Assembly (NCBI GenBank): GCA_051313645.2
Contig: JBNRSN020000167.1
Coordinates: forward strand, 124,001-188,000
Length of the DNA stretch: 64,000 nt
Source of the DNA: Centroscyllium fabricii
Lineage: Eukaryota
Reading direction: 5' to 3'
A program made the position numbers and the translations under genes. Below are positions 8,351-21,823 of the stretch, one piece after another; position 1 is the stretch's first letter, and every line of letters begins with the position of its first letter. Below the pieces are notes generated by a model. It saw only the letters and a program-made list of their open reading frames with translations, made no database searches and was not told the origin of the DNA.

Positions 8351-11300
8351 CAATCTCTGCTCCCCTACATTAACAGCCATGTCCAACATCTCACCCACTC
8401 ACAGTACACTCAAATAAATGACATCTGACCAAAGACCAACACTGATATTCATGTCAGCTGACATTGCGTGGAGTTGCTTCTCTATTTTGACAACAATATA
8501 AGCACCACCACTTCAAGCTGCTGCAGGCCTTTATGCACCTGCGGCAGTGCCTGGCTTCCCACATCCCAAACAGTGACATCCCTGTGGCCAGCACGTTTCT
8601 CACTGGCAGCTTGCCTCCACTGTACAAATGATGGGTGACCCAGAAACTAGGACTGGTCTCCTGCTGACTCCTCCAATAGATGTTCTTCGAACCCTGCCCA
8701 CCTCCCTCTCGGACACACCTATGCCTTTTGCAGAACGAGAAGGATCAACAGAAGCAGTCAACCCATAAAACAAAAATACAAGTCAGAGTACAGTGTAGAG
8801 AGTTCTAGTCAGACCCACCTAGAGTACAGTGTAGAGAGTTCTAGTCAGACCCACCCTGAGCACGGTGTCCAGTGTGGTCAGACCCACCTTGAGCACGGTG
8901 TCCAGTGTGGTCAGACCCACCCTGAGCAGGGTGTCCAGTGTGGTCAGACCCACCTTGAGCACGGTGTCCAGTTGTGGTCAGACCCACCTTGAGCACTGTG
9001 TCCAGTTGTGGTCAGACCCTCCTTCAGCACTGTGCCCAGTTCTGGTCAGACCCAACTTGAGCACGGTGTCCAGTTGTGGTCAGACCAACCTTGAGCACTA
9101 TGTCCAGTTCTGGTCAGACCCACCTGGAGCACAGTGTCCAGTTCTGGTCAAACCAACCTTGAGCACAGTGTGCTGTACTGGTCAGACCAACCTTGAGCAC
9201 AGTGTCCAGTTCTAGTCAAACCCACCTTGAGCACTGTTTCCAGTTCTGGTCAGACCCACCTTGAGCACTGTGTCCATTTCTGGTCAGACCCACCTTGAGC
9301 ACTGTGTCCAGTTCTGGTCAGACCCACCTTGAGCACTGTGTCCAGTTCTGGTCAGACCCACCTTGAGCACAGTGTCCTGTTCTGGTCAGACCCACCTTGA
9401 GCGCTGTGTCCAGTTCTGGTCAGACCCACCTTGAACACTGTGTCCAGTTTGGTCAGACCCACCTTGAGCAGAGTGTCCTGTTCTGGTCAGACCCACCTTG
9501 AGCGCTGTGTCCAGTTCTGGTCAGACCCAACTTGAGCACAGTGTCCTGTTCTGGTCAGACCTACCTTGAGCACTGTGTCCAGCTCTGGTCAGACCCACCT
9601 TGAGCAGAGTGTCCTGTTCTGGTCAGACCCACCTTGAGCGCTGTGTCCAGTTCTGGTCAGACCCACCTTGAGCATCGTGTCCAGTTTGGTCAGACCCACC
9701 TTGAGCACTGTGTCCAGTTCTGGTCAGACCCAACTTGAGCACAGTGTCCTGTTCTGGTCAGACCCAACTTGAGCACAGTGTCCTGTTCTGGTCAGACCCA
9801 CCTTGAACACTGTGTCCAGTTTGGTCAGACCCACCTTGAGCACTGTGTCCAGTTCTGGCCAGACCCAACTTGAGCACAGTGTCCTGTTCTGGTCAGACCC
9901 AACTTGAGCACAGTGTCCTGTTCTGGTCAGACCCACCTTGAGCGCTGTGTCCAGTTCTGGTCAGACCCACCTTGAGCATCGTGTCCAGTTCTGGTCAGAC
10001 CGACCTTGAGCACTGTGTCAAGTTCTGGTCAGACCCACCTTGAGTACTGTGTCCATTTCTGGTCAGACCCACCTTGAGCACTGTGTCCAGTTCTGGTCAG
10101 ACCCACCTTGAGCACTGTGTCCTGTTCTGGTCAAACCCATCTTGAGTACTGTGTCCAGTTCTGGTCACACCCACCTTGAGCACTGTGTCCTGTTCTGGTC
10201 AGACCCACCTTGAGCACTGTGTCCAGTTATGCTCAGACCCACCTTGAACACTGTGTCCAGTTCTGGTCAGACCCACCTTGAGCACTGTGTCCTGTTCTGG
10301 TCAGACCCACCTTGAGTGCAGTGTCCAGTTCTGCTCAGACCCACCTTGAGTACTGTGTCCAGTTCTGGTCAGACACACATTGGGCACTGTGTCCAGTTCT
10401 ACTCAGACTCCCCTTGAGCGCAGTGTCCAGTTCTGCTCCGACCCACCTTGAGCACTGTGTCCAGTTCTGGTCAGAACCACCTTGAGCACTGCACCCAGTT
10501 CGGGTCAGATCCACCTTGAACACTGTGTCCAGTTCTGGTCAGACACACCTTGAGCACTGTGTCCAGTTCTGCTCAGACCCACCTTGTGCACTGTGTCCAG
10601 TTCTGCTCAGACCAACCTTGAGCACTGTGTCCAGGTCTGGTCAGACCCACCTTGAGCACTGCGTCCAGTTCTGGTCAGATCCACCTTGAGTACTGTGTCC
10701 AGTTCTGGTCAGACCCTCCTTGAGCATTGATTCCAGTTCGGGTCACAACCCCCTTGAACACTGTGTCCAGTTCTGTTCAGAATCACCTTGAGCACTGTGA
10801 CCAGTTCTGGTCAGACCCAACTTGAGCACTGTGTCCAGTTCTGGTCAGAATCACCTTGAGCACTGTGTCCAGTTCACAGTTATGGTCAGACCCACCTTGA
10901 GCACTGTGTCCAGTTCTGGTCAGATCCACCTTGAGCACTGTCTCCAGTTCTGGTCAGACCCACCTTGAGCACTGTGTCCAGTTCTCGTCAGACCCACCTT
11001 GAGCACTTTGTCCTGTTCTGGTCAGACCCACCTTGAGCACTGTGTCCAGTTCTGGTCAGATCCAACTTGAGTTCCATGTCCAGTTCTGTTCAGACCCACC
11101 TTGAGCACAGTGTCCAGTTATGGTCAGACCCACCTTGAGCACTGTGTCCAGTTCTGGTCAGACCCACCTTGAGCACTGTGTCCAGTTATGGTCAGACCCA
11201 CCTTGAGCACTGTGTCCAGTTCTGGTCAGACCCACCTTGAGCATTGTGTCCAGTTCTGGTCAGACCCACCTTGAGTACTGTGTCCAGTTCTGGTCAGATA

Positions 11301-14300
11301 CACCTTGAGTTCTGTGTCCAGTTCTGGTCAGACCCACCTTGAGCACCGTGTCCAGTTCTGGTCAGACCCACCTTGAGCAACGTGTCCAGTTCTGGTCAGA
11401 CCCACCTTGACCATTGTGTCCAGTTGTAGTCAGACCCACCTTGAGAACTGTGTCCCGTTCTGGTCAGATCCACCTTGAGCACTGAGTCCAATTCTGGTCA
11501 GATCCACCTTGAGCACTGTGTTCAGTTCTGGTCAGACCCACCTTCAGCACTGTGTCCAATTCAGGTCAGACCCACCTTGAGCACTTTGTCCAGTTCAGGT
11601 CAGACCCTCCGTGAGCGCTGTGTCCAGTTCTGGTCAGATCCACCTTGACCATTGTGTCCAATTCTGGTCAGACCCACCTTGAGCACTGTGTCCAGTTATG
11701 GTCAGAATCACCTTGTACACTATATCCAGTCCTGGTCAGACCCACCTTGAACACTGTGTCCAGATCTGGTCAGATCCACCTTGGGCACTGTGTCCAGTTC
11801 TGGTCAGACCCACCTTGATCACTGTGTTCTCTCTGGTCAGACTCACATTGAGCACTGTGTCAAGTTCTGCTCAGATCCACCTTGAGCACTGTGCCCAGTT
11901 CGGGTCAGATCCACCATGAACACTGTGTCCAGTTCTGGTCAGACCCACCTTGAGCACAGTGTCCAGTTCTGCTCAGACCCACCTTGAGCACTGTGTCCAG
12001 TTCGGGTCAGATCGACCTTGAACACTGTGTCCAGTTCTGGTCAGAATCACCTTGAGCACTGTGTTCAGTTCTGGTCAGACCCACCTTGAGCACTGTGTCC
12101 AGTTCTGCTCAGACCCACCTTGTGCACTGTGTCCAGCTCTGCTCAGACCAACCTTGAGCACTGTGTCCAGGTCTGGTCAGACCCACCTTGAGCACTGTGT
12201 CCAGTTCTAGTCAGATCCACCTTGAGCACTGTGTCCAATTCTAGTCAGATCCACCTTGACCATTGTGTCCAATTCTGGTCAGACCCACCTTGAGCACTGT
12301 GTCCAGTTCTGGTCAGACCCACATTGAGCACTCTGTCCAGTTCTGGTCAGACCCACCTTGAGCACTGTGTCCAGTTCTGGTTAGAGCCCCCTTGAGCACT
12401 GTGTCCAGTTCTGGTCAGACCCACCTTGAGCACTGTGTCCAGTTCTGGTCAGACCCACCTTGAGCACTGTGTCCAGTTCTGGTCAGATCCACCTTGCGTT
12501 CCATGTCCAGTTCTGTTCAGACCCACCTTGAGCACAGTGTCCAGTTCTGGTCAGACCCACCTTGAGCATTGTGTCCAGTTCTGGTCAGACCCACCTTGAG
12601 CATTGTGTCCAGTTCTGGTCAGACCCACCTTGAGCACTCTGTCCAGTTCCTGTCAGACCCACCTTGAGCACTGTGTCCAGTTCTGGTCAGACCCACCTTG
12701 AGCACAGTGTCCAGTTCTGGTCAGACCCACCTTGAGCATTGTGTCCAGTTCTGGTCAGACCCACCTTGAGCACTCTGTCCAGTTCCTGTCAGACCCACCT
12801 TGAGCACTCTGTCCAGTTCCTGTCAGACCCACCTTGAGTTCTGTGTCCAGTTCTGGTCAGACCCACCTTGAGCACCGTGTCCAGTTCTGGTCAGACCCAC
12901 CTTGACCACTGTGTCCAGTTCTGGTCAGATCCACCTTGAGCACTGTGTCCAGTTGCAGTCAGACCCACCTTGAGAACTGTGTCCCGTTCTGGTCAGATCC
13001 ACCTTGAGCACTGTGTCCAATTCTGGTCAGATCCACCTTGAGCACTGTGTTCAGTTCTGGTCAGACCCACCTTCAGCACTGTGTCCAATTCTGGTCAGAT
13101 CCACCTTGAGCACTGTGTTCAGTTCTGGTCAGACCCACCTTGAACACTGTGTCCAGCTCTGGTCAGACCCACCTTGAGCACTGTGTCCAGTTCAGGTCAG
13201 ACCCTCCGTGAGCACTGTGTCCAGTTCTGGTCAGACCCACCTTGAGTACTGTGTCCAGTTCTGGTCAGATCCACCTTGACCATTGTGTCCAATTCTGGTC
13301 AGACCCACCTTGAGCACTGTGTCCAGTTCTGGTCAGACACATCTTGAGCACTGTGTCCAGTTCTGGTTAGAACCACCTTGAACACTGTGTCCAGTTCTGG
13401 TCAGACCCACCTTGATCACTGTGTTCTCTCTGGTCAGATCCACCTTGGGCACTGTGTCAAGTTCTGCTCAGATCCACCTTGAGCACTGTGCCCAGTTCGG
13501 GTCAGATCCAACATGAACACTGTGTCCAGTTCTGGTCAGATCCACCTTGGGCACTATATCCAGTTCTGGTCAGACCCACCTTGAACACTGTGTCCAGTTC
13601 TGGTCAGATCCACCTTGGGCACTGTGTCAAGTTCTGCTCAGATCCACCTTGAGCACTGTGCCCAGTTCGGGTCAGATCCACCATGAACACTGTGTCCAGT
13701 TCTGGTCAGACCCACATTGAGCACTGTGTCCAGTTCTGCTCAGACCCACCTTGAGCACTGTGTCCAGTTCTGGTCAGACCAACCTTGAGCACTGTGTCCA
13801 GTTCGGGTCAGATCGACCTTGAACACTGTGTCCAGTTCTGGTCAGAATCACCTTGAGCACTGTGTTCAGTTCTGGTCAGACCCACCTTGAGCACTGTGTC
13901 CAGTTCTGGTCAGAATCACCTTGAGCGCTGTGTCCAGTTCTGGTCAGACCCACCTTGAGCACTGTGTCCAGTTCTGGTCAGACCCACCTTAAGACTGTGT
14001 CCAGTTCTGGTCAGAATCACCTTGAGCACTGTGTCCAGTTCTGGTCAGATCCACCTTGAGCACTGTGTCCAGTTCTGGTCAGACCCACCTTGAGCACTGT
14101 GTCCAGTTCTGGTCAGACCCACCTTGAGCACTGCGTCCAGTTCTGGTCAGACTCACCTTGAACACTGTGTCCAGTACTGGTCAGACCCACCTTGACGATT
14201 GTGTCCAGTTCTGGTCAGACCCACCTTGAGCACTCTGTCCAGTTCTGGTCAGACCCACCTTGAGCACTGTGTCCAGTTCTGGTCAGATCCACCTTGAGCA

Positions 14301-17300
14301 CTGTGTCCAGTTCTAGTCAGATCCACCTTGACCATTGTGTCCAATTCTGGTCAGACCCACCTTGAGCACTGTGTCCAATTCTGGTCAGATCCACCTTGAG
14401 CACTGTGTCCAGTTCTGGTCAGATCCACCTTGAGCAACGTGTTCAGTTCTGGTCAGACCCACCTTGAGCACTGTGTCCAGTTCTAGTCAGATCCACCTTG
14501 ACCATTGTGTCCAATTCTGGTCAGACCCACCTTGAGCACTGTGTCCAATTCTGGTCAGATCCACCTTGAGCACTGTGTCCAGTTCTGGTCAGATCCACCT
14601 TGAGCAACGTGTTCAGTTCTGGTCAGACCCACCTTGACCATTGTGTCCAATTCTGGTCAGATCCACCTTGAGCACTGTGTCCAGTTATGGTCAGACTCAC
14701 CTTGGGCACTGTGTCCAGTTCTGGTCAGATCCACCTTGAGCACTGTGTCCAGTTATGCTCAGACTCACCTTGGGCACTGTGTCCAGTTCTGGTCAGACTC
14801 ACCCTGGGCACTCTGTCCTGTTCTGGTGAACCCCACATTGAGCACGGTGTCCAGTTATGGTCAGACCCACATTGAGCAATGTGTCCAGTTCTGGTCAGAC
14901 CCACCTTGAGCACTGTGTCCAGTTCTAGTCAGAATCACCTTGAGCACAGTGTCCAGTTATGGTCAGACCCACATTGAGCAATGTGTCCAGTTCTGGTCAG
15001 ATCCACCTTGAGCATTGTGTCCAGTTCTAGTCAGAATCACCTTGAGCATTGTGTCCAGTTCTGGTCAGACCCACCTTGTGAACTGTGTCCAGTTCTGGTC
15101 AGATCCACCTTGAGCACTGTGTCCAGTTCTGGTCAGAATCACCTTGAGCGCTGTGTCCATTTCTGGTCAGATCCACCATGAGCACTGTGTCCAGTTCTGG
15201 TCAGATCCACCTTGAGCACTGTGTCCAGTTCTGGTTAGATCCACCTTGAGCACTGTGTCCAGTTATGGTCAGACTCACCTTGGGCACTGTGTCCAGTTCT
15301 GGTCAGATCCACCTTGAGCACTGTGTCCAGTTATGGTCAGATCCACCTTGAGCACTGTGTCCAGTTCTGGTCAGATCCACCTTGAGCACTGTGTCCAGTT
15401 CTGGTCAGACCCACCTTGAGCACTGTGTCCAGTTCTGGTCAGACCCACCTTGAGCACCGTGTCCAGTTCTGGTCAGACCCACCTTGAGCATTGTGTCCAG
15501 TTCTAGTCAGAATCACCTTGAGCGCGGTGTCCAGTTCTGGTCAGACATACCTTGAGCACTGTGTCCAGTTCTGGTCAGACACACCTTGTGAACTGTGTCC
15601 AGTTCTGGTCAGATCCACCTTGAGCACTGTGTCCAGTTCTGGTCAGAATCACCTTGAGCGCTGTGTCCGTTTCTGGTCAGATCCACCATGAGCACTGTGT
15701 CCAATTCTGGTCAGATCCACCTTGAGCACTGTGTCCAGTTCTGGTCAGACCCACCTTGAGCACTGTGTCCAGTTCTGGTCAGACCCACCTTGAGCACAGT
15801 GTCCAGTTCTGCTCAAACCCACCTTGAGTACTGTGTCCAGTTCTGGTCAAACCCACCTTGAGCGCAGTGTCCAGTTCTGCTCAAACCCACCTTGAGTACT
15901 GTGTCCAGTTCTGGTTAGATCCACCTTGACCATTGTGTCCAATTCTGGTCAGACCCACCTTGAGCACTGTGTCCAGTTCTGGTCAGATCCACCTTGAGCA
16001 CTATATCCAGTTCTGGTCAGACCCACCTTGAACACTGTGTCCAATTCTGGTCAGACCCACCGTGAACACTGTGTCCAGTTCTGGTCAGAATCACCTTGTA
16101 CACTATATCCAGTTCTGGTCAGACCCACCTTGATCACTGTGTTCTCTCTGGTCAGACTCACATTGAGCACTGTGTCAAGTTCTGCTCAGATCCACCTTGA
16201 GCACTGTGCCCAGTTCGGGTCAGATCCACCATGAACACTGTGTCCAGTTCTGGTCAGACCCACCTTGAGCACTGTGTCCAGTTCTGCTCAGACCCACCTT
16301 GAGCACTGTGTCCAGTTCTGGTCAGTCCCACCTTGAGCACAGTGTCCAGTTCTGGTCAGACCCACCTTGAGCACTGTGTCCAGTTCGGGTCAGATCGACC
16401 TTGAACACTGTGTTCAGTTCTGGTCAGAATCACCTTGAGCACTGTGTCCAGTTCTGGTCAGAATCACCTTGAGCGCTGTGTCCAGTTCTGGTCAGACCCA
16501 CCTTGAGCACTGTGTCCAGTTCTGCTCAGACCCACCTTGTGCACTGTGTCCAGTTCTGCTCAGACCAACCTTGAGCACTGTGTCCAGGTCTGGTCAGACC
16601 CACCTTGAGCACTGTGTCCAGTTCTGGTCGGATCCACCTTGAGTACTGTGTCCAGTTCTGGTCAGACCCTCCTTGATCATTGATTCCAGTTCGGGTTAAA
16701 AAAACCCTTGAACACTGTGTCCAGTTCTGTTCAGAATCACCTTGAGCACTGTGACCAGTTCTGGTCAGACCCAACTTGAGCACTGTGTCCAATTCTGGTC
16801 AGAATCACCTTGAGCGCTGTGTCCAGTTCACAGTTATGGTCAGACCCACCTTGAGCACTGTGTCCAGTTCTGGTCAGAATCACCTTGAACGCTGCGTCCA
16901 GTTCTGGTCAGACCCACCTTGACCACTGTGTCCAGTTCTTGTCAGACCAACCTTGAGCACTCTGTCCAGTTCTGGTCAGACCCACCTTGAGCACTGTGTC
17001 CAGTTCTGGTCAGACCAACCTTGAGCACTGTGTCCAGTTCTGGTCAGACCCACCTTGAGCACTGTGTCCAGTTCTGGTGAGACCCACCTTGAGCACTGTG
17101 TCCAGTTCTGGTCAGACCCACCTTGAGCACTGTGTCCAGTTCTGGTCAGATCCACCTTGAGTTCCATGTCCAGTTCTGTTCAGACCCACCTTGAGCACTG
17201 TGTCCAATTCTGGTCCGACCCACCTTGAGCACTGTGTCCAGTTCTGGTCAGACCCACCTTGAGCACAGTGTCCAGTTCTGGTCAGACCCACCTTGAGCTC

Positions 17301-20300
17301 TGTGTCCAGTTCTGGTCAGACCCACCTTGAGCATTGTGTCCATTTCTGGTCAGACCCACCTTGAGCATTGTGTCCAGTTCTGGTCAGACCCACCTTGAGC
17401 ACTCTGTCCAGTTCCTGTCAGACCCACCTTGAGTACTGTGTCCAGTTCTGGTCAGATACACCTTGAGTTCTGTGTCCAGTTCTGGTCAGACCCACCTTGA
17501 GCACCGTGTCCAGTTCTGGTCAGACCCACCTTGAGCAACGTGTCCAGTTCTGGTCAGACCCACCTTGACCACTGTGTCCAGTTGTAGTCAGATCCACCTT
17601 GAGCACTGTGTCCAGTTGTAGTCAGACCCACCTTGAGAACTGTGTCCCGTTCTGGTCAGATCCACCTTGAGCACTGTGTCCAATTCTGGTCAGATCCACC
17701 TTGAGCACTGTGTTCAGTTCTGGTCAGACCCACCTTCAGCACTGTGTCCAATTCAGGTCAGACCCACCTTGAGCACTGTGTCCAATTCTGGTCAGATCCA
17801 CCTTGAGCACTGTGTTCAGTTCTGGTCAGACCCACCTTGAGCACTGTGTCCAGTTCAGGTCAGACCCTCCGTGAGCACTGTGTCCAGTTCTGGTCAGACC
17901 CACCTTGAGTACTGTGTCCAGTTCTGGTCAGATCCACCTTGACCATTGTGTCCAATTCTGGTCAGACCCACCTTGAGCACTGTGTCCAGTTATGGTCAGA
18001 CTCACCTTGAACACTGTGTCCAGTTCTGGTCAGATCCACCTTGGGCACTGTGTCCAGTTCTGGTCAGACCCACCTTGATCACTGTGTTCTCTCTGGTCAG
18101 ACTCACATTGAGCACTGTGTCAAGTTCTGCTCAGATCCACCTTGAGCACTGTGCCCAGTTCGGGTCAGATCCACCATGAACACTGTGTCCAGTTCTGGTC
18201 AGACCCACATTGAGCACTGTGTCCAGTTCTGCTCAGACCCACCTTGAGCACTGTGTCCAGTTCTGGTCAGTCCCACCTTGAGCACAGTGTCCAGTTCTGG
18301 TCAGACCAACCTTGAGCACTGGATCCAGTTCGGGTCAGATCGACCTTGAACACTGCGTCCAGTTCTGGTCAGACTCACTTTGAACACTGTGTCCAGTTCT
18401 GGTCAGACCCACCTTGACGATTGTGTCCAGTTCTGGTCAGACCCACCTTGAGCACTCTGTCCAGTTCTGGTCAGACCCACCTTGAGCACTGTGTCCAGTT
18501 CTGGTCAGATCCACCTTGAGCACTGTGTCCAGTTCTAGTCAGATCCACCTTGACCATTGTGTCCAATTCTGGTCAGACCCACCTTGAGCACTGTGTCCAA
18601 TTCTGGTCAGATCCACCTTGAGCACTGTGTCCAGTTCTGGTCAGATCCACCTTGAGCAACGTGTTCAGTTCTGGTCAGACCCACCTTGAGCACTGTGTCC
18701 AGTTCTAGTCAGATCCACCTTGACCATTGTGTCCAATTCTGGTCAGACCCACCTTGAGCACTGTGTCCAATTCTGGTCAGATCCACCTTGAGCACTGTGT
18801 CCAGTTCTGGTCAGATCCACCTTGAGCAACGTGTTCAGTTCTGGTCAGACCCACCTTGACCATTGTGTCCAATTCTGGTCAGATCCACCTTGAGCACTGT
18901 GTCCAGTTATGGTTGGACTCACCTTGGGCACTGTGTCCAGTTCTGGTCAGATCCACCTTGAGCACTGTGTCCAGTTATGCTCAGACTCACCTTGGGCACT
19001 GTGTCCAGTTCTGGTCAGACTCACCCTGGGCACTCTGTCCAGTTCTGGTGAAACCCACATTGAGCACGGTGTCCAGTTATGGTCAGACCCACATTGAGCA
19101 ATGTGTCCAGTTCTGGTCAGACCCACCTTGAGCACTGTGTCCAGTTCTAGTCAGAATCACCTTGAGCACAGTGTCCAGTTATGGTCAGACCCACATTGAG
19201 CAATGTGTCCAGTTCTGGTCAGACCCACCTTGAGCATTGTGTCCAGTTCTAGTCAGAATCACCTTGAGCATTGTGTCCAGTTCTGGTCAGACCCACCTTG
19301 TGAACTGTGTCCAGTTCTGGTCAGATCCACCTTGAGCACTGTGTCCAGTTCTGGTCAGAATCACCTTGAGCGCTGTGTCCATTTCTGGTCAGATCCACCA
19401 TGAGCACTGTGTCCAGTTCTGGTCAGATCCACCTTGAGCACTGTGTCCAGTTCTGGTTAGATCCACCTTGAGCACTGTGTCCAGTTATGGTCAGACTCAC
19501 CTTGGGCACTGTGTCCAGTTCTGGTCAGATCCACCTTGAGCACTGTGTCCAGTTATGGTCAGATCCACCTTGAGCACTGTGTCCAGTTCTGGTCAGATCC
19601 ACCTTGAGCACTGTGTCCAGTTCTGGTCAGACCCACCTTGAGCACTGTGTCCAGTTCTGGTCAGACCCACCTTGAGCACCGTGTCCAGTTCTGGTCAGAC
19701 CCACCTTGAGCATTGTGTCCAGTTCTAGTCAGAATCACCTTGAGCGCTGTGTCCAGTTCTGGTCAGACATACCTTGAGCACTGTGTCCAGTTCTGGTCAG
19801 ACACACCTTGTGAACTGTGTCCAGTTCTGGTCAGATCCACCTTGAGCACTGTGTCCAGTTCTGGTCAGAATCACCTTGAGCGCTGTGTCCGTTTCTGGTC
19901 AGATCCACCATGAGCACTGTGTCCAATTCTGGTCAGATCCACCTTGAGCACTGTGTCCAGTTCTGGTCAGACCCACCTTGAGCACTGTGTCCAGTTCTGG
20001 TCAGACCCACCTTGAGCACAGTGTCCAGTTCTGGTCAAACCCACCTTGAGTACTGTGTCCAGTTCTGGTCAAACCCACCTTGAGCGCAGTGTCCAGTTCT
20101 GCTCAAACCCACCTTGAGTACTGTGTCCAGTTCTGGTCAGATCCACCTTGACCATTGTGTCCAATTCTGGTCAGACCCACCTTGAGCACTGTGTCCAGTT
20201 CTGGTCAGATCCACCTTGAGCACTATATCCAGTTCTGGTCAGACCCACCTTGAACACTGTGTCCAATTCTGGTCAGACCCACCGTGAACACTGTGTCCAG

Positions 20301-20601
20301 TTCTGGTCAGAATCACCTTGTACACTATATCCAGTTCTGGTCAGACCCACCTTGAACAATGTGTCCAGTTCTGGTCAGATCCACCTTGGGCACTGTGTCC
20401 AGTTCTGGTCAGACCCACCTTGAGCATTGTGTCCAGTTCTAGTCAGAATCACCTTGAGCGCTGTGTCCAGTTCTGGTCAGACATACCTTGAGCACTGTGT
20501 CCAGTTCTGGTCAGACACACCTTGTGAACTGTGTCCAGTTCTGGTCAGATCCACCTTGAGCACTGTGTCCAGTTCTGGTCAGAATCACCTTGAGCGCTGT
20601 G

Positions 20602-20710
20602 GGACGGGATACTGAACTGAAGGATCAGCCATGATCTCATTGAATGGCGGAGCAGGCTCGAAGGGCCGAATGGCCTACTCCTGCTCCTATCATCTATGTA
20701 TCTATGTATG
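20602..20710 (+). mobile_element. Heavily 5'-truncated CR1 insertion (last ORF2 codons, 3' UTR, TCTATGTA-type tail)
   Basis: GTGY* then gatcagccatgatctcattgaatggcggagcaggctcgaagggccgaatggcctactcctgctcctat, nearly identical to the reverse complement of 26826-26915. Confidence 0.92.
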
Positions 20711-20771
20711 TCCGTTTCTGGTCAGATCCACCATGAGCACTGTGTCCAATTCTGGTCAGATCCACCTTGAG

Positions 20772-21823
20772 TGTAAGGGAATGGTAATGGATCTGGTGAG
20801 CGGGACCCAAATGCAGAAACACTGAGAAACCGTCTTGATACAAAAAACCCTTTAATCTAACAAAACATGTTTGAATAAAACATACAATTCTAGACACAAG
20901 TCTTTGACTAAAGACAGGCACATACTTTAACGTTATTATTAAAACCCTAGAGGCAGAATATTAACAAGTCCTCCTCCGAACCGGACAGGCTTTCTACTGG
21001 GCGTGGAACCCTTTAAACCGACCACAACCCCAGAGAGGTACAAGCCTTAGTGGAATCTGTTATCATGACCACTTCTATCAGAGAGGAACAAGTTCTACGC
21101 AGCCAAGTAGTAGAGTAGCTAACATACAACAGGGCCTAATAACAACAGATAATGAACAGTCCAATTATGAAGGTAGAATGCAATGATGTCCAGCTCCTCT
21201 GTTCCACCACAGAGACTTAACCCCATGGTAACAGGCAGGAAAGATAATTCCTGATCTTCCTAACAGATGTCCAAACCTCGGTTCGGGTGAATTAAGCCAA
21301 TGTCCAAGGAGTAGAAATGGGTCCGACCTACTTCTTCTGCTCCACCACGGAGACTTAACCCCATGGCATCAGGCAGTAGCGCACCAGGTCTACTGGCAGG
21401 GGAACTCCCTTACCCAACAGATGAGTGTCCATGTCTGAGTCCCAGATAGCAGGGTACTATGTCAAGACGGAGTGATGTGGGCTCGGTCCCATAGTCCCTC
21501 TTAAGTCCACTCAGAGAAGCAGAGCAATCCCTTCTGCTTCTTTTCCATCCAGTGAAGTGTGATATCATAGAAACTTCTGCAATGATCCCGCAACCTGTCT
21601 GGTCAAACCATGGGCTAATAAACCCAAACCAGCCTAATCAGATGATTGATGTTGACCAATCAGGGTGCAGGCATATACAAACAGAAAACACCTGGTTGTG
21701 AACAACCCAATTGATACACTTAACCCACACATAGAACAACACTTAGAACCAAAATGGGAACATTAAAGGGATATGCCCAAATAAAACATGGATGCCTTAA
21801 AGGGGGCATGCCAAACTGTGACA
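20772..21823 (-). mobile_element. Solo LTR (1052 bp) with 5-bp target-site duplication TTGAG
   Basis: TGT...ACA termini; TTGAG at 20767-20771 and 21824-21828; satellite phase resumes exactly. Orientation inferred from ATTAAA on the minus strand ~80 bp from the end and from homology to 1142-2088. Confidence 0.9.

Noticed and set aside
21330-21380. SECIS, kink-turn or ribozyme in the solo LTR hairpin
   Set aside because: The TGA...AA...GA spacing is too short for a SECIS and is not kept in the other two copies; no hammerhead (CTGANGA/GAAA) core is evident.
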